A stretch of 52,372 nucleotides of DNA from Thiomicrospira cyclica (lineage in GTDB: Bacteria; Pseudomonadota; Gammaproteobacteria; Thiomicrospirales; Thiomicrospiraceae): assembly GCA_020726325.1 (NCBI GenBank), contig DYST01000002.1:1-52372 (forward strand), written 5' to 3'. The position numbers and the translations under genes are program-made. The stretch's first letter is position 1. Every line of letters begins with the position of its first letter. Under the pieces are notes generated by a model. The model was not told the DNA's origin. It saw nothing but the letters and a program-made list of their open reading frames with translations, and did no database searches. Positions 37,869-45,899 of the stretch are shown piece by piece.

Positions 37869-40268
37869 ATGTCAAAGTTTACGATTAATTCCGATAAATC
37901 TATTTTTAGATTACTCATTCTGGTTATGTTATTCGCTGTTAGCATAGCCATTATTGTGTTATCTATTATTTTTTATCACAACATGATTGCACCTGTTCAG
38001 AGTAAAGTTTTTTCTGAAACCGCTGAGTTAATGCATAAAGAATTACAGCTGCGTCTGATTGCGAAAGAGGATTCTGTTATTTCTGTCGCTGTTGGCTTAG
38101 CGCGTGATCAGCGCGTCATTAATGGTCTTGCTAATGATAATCGTGATGAAATTCTCACTGTCATTAAAGACATTAGTGCTGATTATGCGAGAGTGAGCCA
38201 ATATAGAATGATGCGCGCTCAGGTTATCGATAAAGACCAAACTATTCTCGCACGTTCGTGGGATCTCTCTTTTTATGGTCAAAAAATACCGCACCCACTT
38301 GCTAAAAAAGTATCCGAAACACAACAAGCTGCAGCCAGTTTCGGTATTGGTAATTCAGGCGTGGGTGTAATTGGCTTTGCCCCCGTGATGCAGGATAAAT
38401 CCTTTCTTGGTATGGTTTCGATTACACAGAATATAGGCTCTATTATTAGAGGATTGAAAGAGCAAAAAATTGATTGGGTTATGTTAGTTTATAAACCAAC
38501 ATTAGTGGCGCGTACAGCAGGTGAGCTACCAGCAGCTTATCAAAAACATCCAGAGATTGCACCCGACACGTTATTGGCACATCCCAGTTTTTTCCCTCAA
38601 GAGTCTGTTGATCGGGTTAAAAATTATGTTTTACCATTACAGCCAAACTTAGAAGCAATAGAAGCTATCGTTGATGGTCAATTTATTACGAGTAAGCGCA
38701 TCTATGATGAATCTGGCAGACTTATTGGGCAACATATTTTGATGCAAGATGCTACACCAGTATTAAGTAGAGTTGGGGAAACTGAACGTCATATTATGCT
38801 GGTTAGCTCAATTGAGCTGCTTGTTTTGGCATTAATGGTCGTTTTACTTTTGTTGTTAGTGCGTCGTTTGATTATTAATCCGTTGGCTGTTGTGACGAAT
38901 ACCGTAAGCCAAGTTATTCAAACAGGTGACTTTACGCGTCGTTTACCAGTAGAAGGACACAATGAAATCGAGCAGATGAAAGAACAGCTCAATACACTAT
39001 TGGCGCATTTTTCTTTTGCCATTCATGAAGCTAATGAGTCAGTATCCGCTGCAGCAAATGTTGATTTTACGCGCAAAATGCAAGGTAAATTTATTGGTGA
39101 CCTTAAAACCTTGCAATTTGGTATCAATAATGCCATTGCCGACTTACACCAAACACATGATATGTTGACATATGCAACGCAGGCAAAAGCACAATTTTTA
39201 GCGAATATGAGTCATGAAATTCGCACCCCGATTAACGGTATTGTCGGCATGTTAACTTTATTGCAGGGAACAGCACTAACAGAAGAGCAAACGGAACATT
39301 TGCGTTTAGCTCGCAGTTCGTCTGATTTGCTATTGGGTGTGGTGAATGATGTTTTAGACTTCTCTAAAATCGAAGTTGGCAAAATGACGATTGAACAAGT
39401 GCCTTTTAATATTAAAGAGGTATTGTCGAATACGCGTAGTGTTTTTGCACAAGTAGCACAACAAAAGGGCTTATCGTTAGATTATGACATCGCTCAAGAG
39501 ATCAGTGAGTTTATCATTGGTGACCCTTTACGTTTGCGTCAGGTAATCACCAATTTACTGTCTAATTCGATGAAGTTTACCGAAACGGGTGGCGTTCATT
39601 TATCGGTATTTTTGAGCACAGGTGGTTTGCGCTTTGAAGTCAAAGATACAGGAATTGGTATGACAGAGGAAGTGAGGGTAAGACTCTTTCAGAGTTTCTC
39701 GCAAGCGGATGCTTCTACCAGTCGTAAGTTTGGTGGGACGGGGCTAGGCTTAACGATTAGTAAAGAGTTAGTTCATCTCATGGGCGGTGAAATTAGTGTT
39801 AGCAGTGAGTTTGGCAAGGGAACATGTTTCTGGTTTGACTTGCCTTACAAACCTACTGCTACACCAAAAGACAGCAATGTTGTGCAAGACTTTGTTAGTT
39901 TTACAGATAAGCACATTCTTTTGGTTGAAGATAATATCGTCAATCAAAAAGTGGCAACCAAACTGATTGAAAAATTTGGGATTCGTGTGACTGTGGCAGA
40001 GAATGGTCAAAAAGCATTAGACATACTCGGTGAACAGCAGGTTGACCTCGTGTTTATGGACTGTCAAATGCCTGTTATGGATGGCTATACTGCCACACGT
40101 GTCTTGCGTCAACAGGAATTCAAAACACCGATTGTTGCCATGACTGCTAACGCCTCAGCACAGGATCGTGCTGAATGCATTGCTTGTGGCATGAATGATT
40201 TTATTGCTAAACCTTATCAGCTGCACGAGCTATCGGCAATTTTACAGCGTTGGTTGCCTAGAGATTAA
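37869..40268 (+). CDS. hybrid sensor histidine kinase/response regulator
   Basis: 799-aa ORF. It has two TM helices flanking a ~270-aa periplasmic sensor region, a HAMP-like linker, the H-box FLANMSHEIRTPINGI, HATPase motifs (DTGIGM, GGTGLGLTIS), and a C-terminal REC domain (ILLVEDN...DLVFMDCQMPVMDG). Confidence 0.9.
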   Translation: MSKFTINSDKSIFRLLILVMLFAVSIAIIVLSIIFYHNMIAPVQSKVFSETAELMHKELQLRLIAKEDSVISVAVGLARDQRVINGLANDNRDEILTVIKDISADYARVSQYRMMRAQVIDKDQTILARSWDLSFYGQKIPHPLAKKVSETQQAAASFGIGNSGVGVIGFAPVMQDKSFLGMVSITQNIGSIIRGLKEQKIDWVMLVYKPTLVARTAGELPAAYQKHPEIAPDTLLAHPSFFPQESVDRVKNYVLPLQPNLEAIEAIVDGQFITSKRIYDESGRLIGQHILMQDATPVLSRVGETERHIMLVSSIELLVLALMVVLLLLLVRRLIINPLAVVTNTVSQVIQTGDFTRRLPVEGHNEIEQMKEQLNTLLAHFSFAIHEANESVSAAANVDFTRKMQGKFIGDLKTLQFGINNAIADLHQTHDMLTYATQAKAQFLANMSHEIRTPINGIVGMLTLLQGTALTEEQTEHLRLARSSSDLLLGVVNDVLDFSKIEVGKMTIEQVPFNIKEVLSNTRSVFAQVAQQKGLSLDYDIAQEISEFIIGDPLRLRQVITNLLSNSMKFTETGGVHLSVFLSTGGLRFEVKDTGIGMTEEVRVRLFQSFSQADASTSRKFGGTGLGLTISKELVHLMGGEISVSSEFGKGTCFWFDLPYKPTATPKDSNVVQDFVSFTDKHILLVEDNIVNQKVATKLIEKFGIRVTVAENGQKALDILGEQQVDLVFMDCQMPVMDGYTATRVLRQQEFKTPIVAMTANASAQDRAECIACGMNDFIAKPYQLHELSAILQRWLPRD

Positions 40269-40271
40269 TGC

Positions 40272-42359
40272 ATGGCTAAGTGGCTTGTTCGATTTTGTTT
40301 ACACTTATTAACGCGCTTATCGTTTGTTGGCTCACTGCCTAATGTGCAATCGCATCAGGGCTTATTAGTTGTTGCTAATCATCAGTCGTTATTGGATGGA
40401 ATCATTTTGTGGGCATATTTGCCAGAGTCGCCATTATTTGTGATTCATCAACAAGTTGCTGATAGTATTCGGATGCGCTTTATTTTGCGTGCTTGCGATT
40501 ATGTTGTGGTCGAAAGCCAAAACCCGACCTCCATGAAGGCGGTAATTAAAGCCTTGCGCTCAGGACGTGTTGTGGTACTCTTTCCCGAGGGACGTGTGAC
40601 CAATACGGGTGCGCTAATGAAGGTTTATGATGGCGCAAACTGGCTTATAAAACATGCTAAAGTGCCCATTTTTCCTGTTTATCTCGATGGTTTGGCTTGG
40701 AGCTATTTTGGTGCGCTATCAAAAGACCAACCTCGATTTTTGCGTCCTAGCGTTACCGTTTATTGGTTACCACTCATCACAATACAAGATCCCATTCATG
40801 GTGATGCTGCTGCATTATTAAAGCAAATGATGGTTGATGCACGGTCGCGAGCTGGCTTGTGGCTGTCGGTTTATCGGGCTGCAAAGCGTTGGGGGGTTTT
40901 TCGTCAGTTGGTTGAAGATGGCGATGGTAATCGTTGGTCGTATTGGCGATTATTATGGCAAGGCTTAGTGTTGCGTGGGCTATGGCATGATTTACCTGCA
41001 ACTGAGAAAGTTGGTATTTTACTGCCTAATCGTCCACTGACTTTGGCAACCTTGTTGGGCGTTTGGTCAACAGGACGTAGTGCTGCACTATTAAACATTA
41101 CCGCAGGTGCTGCAGGTATTGCCGCTGCTTGTGAGGTAGCTGGTATCAAACGTGTCGTGTCGTCACGCGCTTTTTTAGCTGCCATTAATGCCAGTGCTTT
41201 GCCCGATGCAATGACTCAGGTTGAATGGCTGTGGCTTGAAGATGTAAAACCAACATGGCAGGACAAAAAAATAGCGTTATTGACCTTGTTAGCACCGTCA
41301 TCACTTCCCACAGTGATGCCAGATGATGAAGCAGTGGTACTGTTTACTTCTGGTTCTGAAGGCAAACCGAAAGGGGTTTCTTTATCGCATGATAATATTC
41401 TTGCCAATGTCGCACAAACTTGTGCTGTGCTCGATTTTTCGCCTGCGGATAAGTTTTTTATTGCCTTGCCGTTATTTCATTCGTTTGGCTTGACCGTTGG
41501 TGCTTTGCTGCCGCTGTTGCAAGGGATTCCGTTGTTACTCTTTACCAGCCCATTACACGTTAAAGTGATTCCAGAACTCATTTATGATCGTAATTGCACG
41601 GTATTGTTTGGCTCGAGTAGTTTTTTAAGCCAATGGGGACGTAGTGCGTCGCATTTTGATTTTCATCGTTTACGTTATGTGATTGCGGGCGCAGAAAAGT
41701 TACAACCAGCAGTGCGTGAGCTGTGGCTAGACAAGTTTGCCATTCTGATTTTTGAAGGCTATGGTGTCACTGAAACAGCACCTGTTATTGCCGTCAATAC
41801 GCGTCATGCCAATCAAATTGGTACGGTTGGTCAGTTAGTGCCTGCACTGAAAGCGACACTTGTTCCTGTCGAAGGCTTGAGTGAAGGTGGTCGTCTGCAT
41901 GTTGCAGGCTTAAATGTAATGCGCGGTTATTATTTAGCCGACGCGCCGACTAAACTGTCGCCAGTCCCTTCGCTGATTGGTGCACCTTGGTATGATACAG
42001 GTGATCTTGCCAAATTAGAAGATAATGGTATGTTGCGCATTTTAGGTCGGCAAAAACGCTTTGCTAAAGTGGGCGGTGAAATGGTTTCTCTAGCTCTAAC
42101 TGAACAACTGGCTTATCTGCTTGATAATGCAGGACAGCATGGTGCTGTTGCTGTTCCTGATGTTTATAAGGGCGAACGGATTGTGTTAGTCACCACCAAC
42201 GCGCAGCTCGATCGCACCCAACTTGCCAGTCAAGCAAAAGCTGCCGCTGTGCCCGAAATTGTACTGCCGAAAGCTTTTGTTGTTGTTGAGGCATTGCCGC
42301 TATTAGGGAGTGGGAAGCTCGATTTGGTCGCATTAACTAATTTGGCAATGCAATCTTAA
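40272..42359 (+). CDS. aas: bifunctional 2-acyl-GPE acyltransferase / acyl-ACP synthetase
   Basis: 695-aa ORF with N-terminal PlsC motifs (ANHQSLLDG, FPEGRVT) and an AMP-binding domain (LFTSGSEGKPKGV, ALPLFHSFGLTVG, YDTGD). It is colinear with E. coli Aas over its whole length. Confidence 0.9.
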   Translation: MAKWLVRFCLHLLTRLSFVGSLPNVQSHQGLLVVANHQSLLDGIILWAYLPESPLFVIHQQVADSIRMRFILRACDYVVVESQNPTSMKAVIKALRSGRVVVLFPEGRVTNTGALMKVYDGANWLIKHAKVPIFPVYLDGLAWSYFGALSKDQPRFLRPSVTVYWLPLITIQDPIHGDAAALLKQMMVDARSRAGLWLSVYRAAKRWGVFRQLVEDGDGNRWSYWRLLWQGLVLRGLWHDLPATEKVGILLPNRPLTLATLLGVWSTGRSAALLNITAGAAGIAAACEVAGIKRVVSSRAFLAAINASALPDAMTQVEWLWLEDVKPTWQDKKIALLTLLAPSSLPTVMPDDEAVVLFTSGSEGKPKGVSLSHDNILANVAQTCAVLDFSPADKFFIALPLFHSFGLTVGALLPLLQGIPLLLFTSPLHVKVIPELIYDRNCTVLFGSSSFLSQWGRSASHFDFHRLRYVIAGAEKLQPAVRELWLDKFAILIFEGYGVTETAPVIAVNTRHANQIGTVGQLVPALKATLVPVEGLSEGGRLHVAGLNVMRGYYLADAPTKLSPVPSLIGAPWYDTGDLAKLEDNGMLRILGRQKRFAKVGGEMVSLALTEQLAYLLDNAGQHGAVAVPDVYKGERIVLVTTNAQLDRTQLASQAKAAAVPEIVLPKAFVVVEALPLLGSGKLDLVALTNLAMQS

Positions 42360-42597
42360 TATCTGTTATTGGTTGTACCGAGCAAGCAAGAATTTCATTG
42401 CCATGTATGCTGGCAACAGGTTGATTGCGCCAATGCACTTTGCCAGAGAGCAGTTTGATTTTGCAAGCAGAACAGGCACCAGAGCGGCAACTATAGTCGA
42501 TATCAATGCCAGCATCTTCTAAGGCTTCTAATAGGCTATGTTGATTTTGCCACGTAATGTTGCCAAAGTTTTCAATGGTAATAATATATTGATTCAT
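42337..42597 (-). CDS. plant-type [2Fe-2S] ferredoxin, YfaE-like
   Basis: 86-aa ORF with YSCRSGACSACKIKLLSGKV ... ILACS, a Cys pattern and size like YfaE. It overlaps the aas 3' end convergently by 23 nt. Confidence 0.75.
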   Translation of the reverse strand: MNQYIITIENFGNITWQNQHSLLEALEDAGIDIDYSCRSGACSACKIKLLSGKVHWRNQPVASIHGNEILACSVQPITDIKIALPN

Positions 42598-42687
42598 AAC
42601 GCCTCCTCTTTTTTGTGTTCATTATACAGGCAAATTAAATATGTTATACTCCAAAGCGTTCATGCTTTTTGTTAACAATAGAGATAA

Positions 42688-43170
42688 ATGCGCATGATTT
42701 TTGTGGATGCTGATGCCTGTCCAATAGCCATCAAAGAAATTTTATTACGTGCTGCCGAGCGCACAGGAATTATGATGGTATTTATTGCTAATCATTCAAT
42801 TCCCTTGCCTAAGCGCGACAATATTAGTTTTGTTATTGTCGAAAAAGGCTTTGATGTTGCTGATAATGTCATTGTTGCTCGTGTCCAAGTTGGTGATTTA
42901 GTGGTAACGCAAGATATTCCGCTTGCCGCTGAAGTCTTAGCTAAAGGTGCGCAAGCAATGGGCTTGCGTGGGCAGGTGCATACCGCCGATAATATCCGTG
43001 CTCGGCTGACGGTACGTGATTTTATGGAAACCATGCGCTTTAGTGGCGAGCATACGGGTGGCCCTGCTCCCTTATCGACCAAAGATCGACAAGCTTTTGC
43101 CAATGCCTTAGATCGTTATTTACTTATTTTTGCTCGCTCACAGGAGAAACCAACCAAATGCCCGCAATGA
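42688..43170 (+). CDS. yaiI: YaiI/YqxD family protein (UPF0178/DUF188)
   Basis: 160-aa ORF. The N-terminus (MR)MIFVDADACPIAIKEILLRAAER is characteristic of the family. Confidence 0.8.
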   Translation: MRMIFVDADACPIAIKEILLRAAERTGIMMVFIANHSIPLPKRDNISFVIVEKGFDVADNVIVARVQVGDLVVTQDIPLAAEVLAKGAQAMGLRGQVHTADNIRARLTVRDFMETMRFSGEHTGGPAPLSTKDRQAFANALDRYLLIFARSQEKPTKCPQ

Positions 43171-44060
43171 AAAAATCCTTTCCGATTGAGCGACTTGCTG
43201 ATATTCAAGCTGCCCCTCAAGATTTTCGTTTAGTTGAACGTATGCCTTGGGATGAAAATACAGAACTACCCGTTTTGCTCTCTGAACCAAGTGATGATGA
43301 CCAGTATTTAATTTTACTTGATACTGAAACCACTGGGGTCGATAAACTCAAAGATGGTATTGTTGAGTTAGGAATGTTGGCAGTACGCTATAACCCGAAT
43401 ACGGGCAAGTTAGTTATGTTATCAGATAAATATTCTGAACTGGAAGATTGTGGTGTTCCTATTTCAGAAGAAAGTCAGGCGATTCATGGCATTAGCCAAG
43501 AAATGGTTGCAGGAAAGTCTTTTGATGATGATCATATCGCCAATTGGATGGCTCCAGCAACGCTTGTGATGGCACATAATGCTGCTTTTGATCGTGCTTT
43601 TTTTGATCGTCGTTTTGCTACGATGGGCGATAAGGCATGGGCATGTTCATTTTATGAAATGCCGTGGCGCGAAGCTGGTTTTGAGTCGGGTAAATTGGAA
43701 TATTTACTCTATCGTAATGGCTACTTTTATGAAGGTCATCGTGCCTTAACCGATTGTTTTGCTATGGCGTGGTTATTCTATTTACAGCCCGAACTATTGA
43801 ATGGCTTACTCAAAAAATCAGCACGTAGAACCGTTATGGTTCGTGCTTGGGGTGCACCAATTGATGTCAAAGACATCTTAAAAGCACGCGGTTACCGTTT
43901 CGATGATGGTCGTGCCAGTGGTGCGAATAAACATTGGTGGCGTGAAGTAGACGAGCAAGCAATGGATGAAGAACGTGCCTTTTTAGATGCAACCTACAAA
44001 GATGGTTCGACTCGTGCAGGTTATGAAAACCGTGATGCGAGTAAACGCTTCAAGCTTTAA
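43158..44060 (+). CDS. DEDDh 3'-5' exonuclease (DnaQ-like) with C-terminal extension
   Basis: 300-aa ORF with ExoI LILLDTETTG, ExoII AHNAAFD and ExoIII GHRALTDC. AGGAG lies 9 nt upstream, and the ORF overlaps yaiI by 13 nt. Confidence 0.8.
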   Translation: MPAMKKSFPIERLADIQAAPQDFRLVERMPWDENTELPVLLSEPSDDDQYLILLDTETTGVDKLKDGIVELGMLAVRYNPNTGKLVMLSDKYSELEDCGVPISEESQAIHGISQEMVAGKSFDDDHIANWMAPATLVMAHNAAFDRAFFDRRFATMGDKAWACSFYEMPWREAGFESGKLEYLLYRNGYFYEGHRALTDCFAMAWLFYLQPELLNGLLKKSARRTVMVRAWGAPIDVKDILKARGYRFDDGRASGANKHWWREVDEQAMDEERAFLDATYKDGSTRAGYENRDASKRFKL

Positions 44061-44749
44061 TGAGTCATAACCGCGTTTATGAGACAGTTTTTGTCAGCTA
44101 TCCCATTACAGCTTTTTTTTGCTACGCAGTCATCACATTTTGGATTGCGTGCGGTGCACACATAGCGTCCGTGCAAAATAAGGAGATGATGCGCGTCTTT
44201 TAAGTGTTGTTTTGGGGTAATCAACATGAGTTTTTTTTCGACATCTAAGGGTGTTTTACCCACCGCCAAGCCTGTGCGATTGCCCAAACGAAACAGGTGA
44301 GTATCGACGGCAATGGTCGGCTCGCCCCACAGCGTATTGAGTAGTACATTGGCGGTTTTGCGCCCGACCCCTGGTAAAGACTCTAATTCGGGGCGCGTGC
44401 GTGGCACTTCGCCATTAAAGCGAGTGACCAATATCTCACAGGTTTCCAGTAGATGTTTGGCTTTGCTGTTAAATAAGCCGATGGTTTTAATTTTTTCTTT
44501 AATGCCTTCTAAGCCTAGTTCAATCATGGCTTGTGGGGTATTGGCGAGGGAAAATAAGCCAATACTGGCTTTATTCACACTGATATCTGTTGCTTGCGCC
44601 GATAGTAATACTGCTGTTAGCAGTTCAAATGGACTATTAAAGTTGAGTTCTGTTGTCGGGTTGGGGATTGCAGCAGCTAAAGCATCGTAAAATGCCAAAG
44701 CTTGCGCTTTGCTCATTTGTTTGCTGGCTTTGATGGTGAGTTGGGTCAT
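44057..44749 (-). CDS. nth: endonuclease III
   Basis: 230-aa ORF with HhH-GPD (LPGVGRKTANVLL) and the 4Fe-4S loop C-x6-C-x2-C-x5-C (CTARNPKCDDCVAKKSC). Confidence 0.93.
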   Translation of the reverse strand: MTQLTIKASKQMSKAQALAFYDALAAAIPNPTTELNFNSPFELLTAVLLSAQATDISVNKASIGLFSLANTPQAMIELGLEGIKEKIKTIGLFNSKAKHLLETCEILVTRFNGEVPRTRPELESLPGVGRKTANVLLNTLWGEPTIAVDTHLFRLGNRTGLAVGKTPLDVEKKLMLITPKQHLKDAHHLLILHGRYVCTARNPKCDDCVAKKSCNGIADKNCLINAVMTH

Positions 44750-44922
44750 ATTTTTATTCCATTTACTGGCGTGAATTAGTCAGCCAGTCGCGCCATTATG
44801 CAGCGTGTGGCGAATTGGTTTAAGCAGCAACAGTGACCTGTTACAGTCCAATTCTCCATTAACGCTGCCCGATTTTCTTCAGCCCATGCTAAAACCAACG
44901 CTTTGGCTAATTCCAAAAATCA

Positions 44923-45732
44923 TTACGACTGGCCAACAGCGTTAACGGCAGCTAACGGCCACGGATAGTCTACCTGCCCGATAGCAATAAAAGGAGGATT
45001 TTCTAAGGTCGCACGCTGGTTATAGCTTAAAGGTGTACCATCGAGATTGATTAACGCCCCGCCTGCTGCTTCCAATATGATTTGTGCCGCTGCGGTGTCC
45101 CACTCACTCGTTAAGCCAAAGCGTGGATAAACATCCACACTACCCTCGGCTACTTTGCAAATTTTCAACGCACTGCCCAATTCAATAAGTTCATACTCAG
45201 GCAAGGCAGCTAGAAATGAAGTCGTTATCGCCCCCCTTGTCGTTGCCGAAAAGCCCGTTATGACACGCATCGGCTGATGTACAGGCAATACCTGTATTGG
45301 ATAATCCCCTTGCGCATCCCAGCGCCATGCACCGAACCCACGCACCGCCGCATAGCCAACACGTTCAACTGGTGAGTAAACAACGCCTAACACAGGTTGA
45401 TTGTTTTCAACCAACGCGATATTAATCGAGAAGCCCGCATCACCGCGAATAAATTGACGCGTACCATCCAGCGGATCAACCAACCAGAGCAATGACCAGC
45501 TCAACCGCTCCTCTAAGGAGACAGGCACGAGCGTCTCTTCGCTTAATATCGGAATATTGGGTGTTAAACGCTGAAGTTCTGCGCAAATAAACGCATCGGC
45601 AGCCTTATCGGCAAGCGTGACGGGTGAGCCATCATCTTTATTGTCGAAAGCAACATGATGACTAAAGTAGGGCAAAATCACCTCGCCAGCTTCTTGGGCA
45701 AGGTGCTGTATCTGAGCAATAAGATTTTTCAT
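44923..45732 (-). CDS. cysQ: 3'(2'),5'-bisphosphate nucleotidase
   Basis: Inositol monophosphatase fold with WLVDPLDGTRQF and EWDTAA. I trimmed the start to the ATG at 45732, which aligns with the E. coli CysQ N-terminus; the track ORF starts at a TTG at 45765. Confidence 0.85.
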   Translation of the reverse strand: MKNLIAQIQHLAQEAGEVILPYFSHHVAFDNKDDGSPVTLADKAADAFICAELQRLTPNIPILSEETLVPVSLEERLSWSLLWLVDPLDGTRQFIRGDAGFSINIALVENNQPVLGVVYSPVERVGYAAVRGFGAWRWDAQGDYPIQVLPVHQPMRVITGFSATTRGAITTSFLAALPEYELIELGSALKICKVAEGSVDVYPRFGLTSEWDTAAAQIILEAAGGALINLDGTPLSYNQRATLENPPFIAIGQVDYPWPLAAVNAVGQS

Positions 45733-45822
45733 TTTGACCAGGATTCCATTATATTGATAGAGCAATGATATGAGCAGATTGAAAAATTTGCAAAGATGAA
45801 CAAGTTAACAGGCATATGGTGC

Positions 45823-45878
45823 GACAATTTGTCACATGTTCAGATAAAATCACAACGCTTATAATGCTGACACTGTCA
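45823..45878 (+). promoter_or_regulatory. candidate promoter and two palindromic operators upstream of the copper receptor
   Basis: GACAA-t-TTGTC (45823-45833), a perfect TATAAT (45860-45865), and TGACA-c-TGTCA (45868-45878) just downstream of the -10 element. Confidence 0.35.
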
Positions 45879-45899
45879 ATCTATACTGAAGGTCAAGCA

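Noticed and set aside
44884-44892. 9-nt inverted match between the two ends of the putative inverted block: CCATGCTAA at 44884-44892 versus TTAGCATGG at 29753-29761.
   Set aside because: I estimate roughly a 1-in-5 chance of a 9-mer match between two ~150-nt spacers on either strand. That is too short to support inverted repeats as recombination sites.
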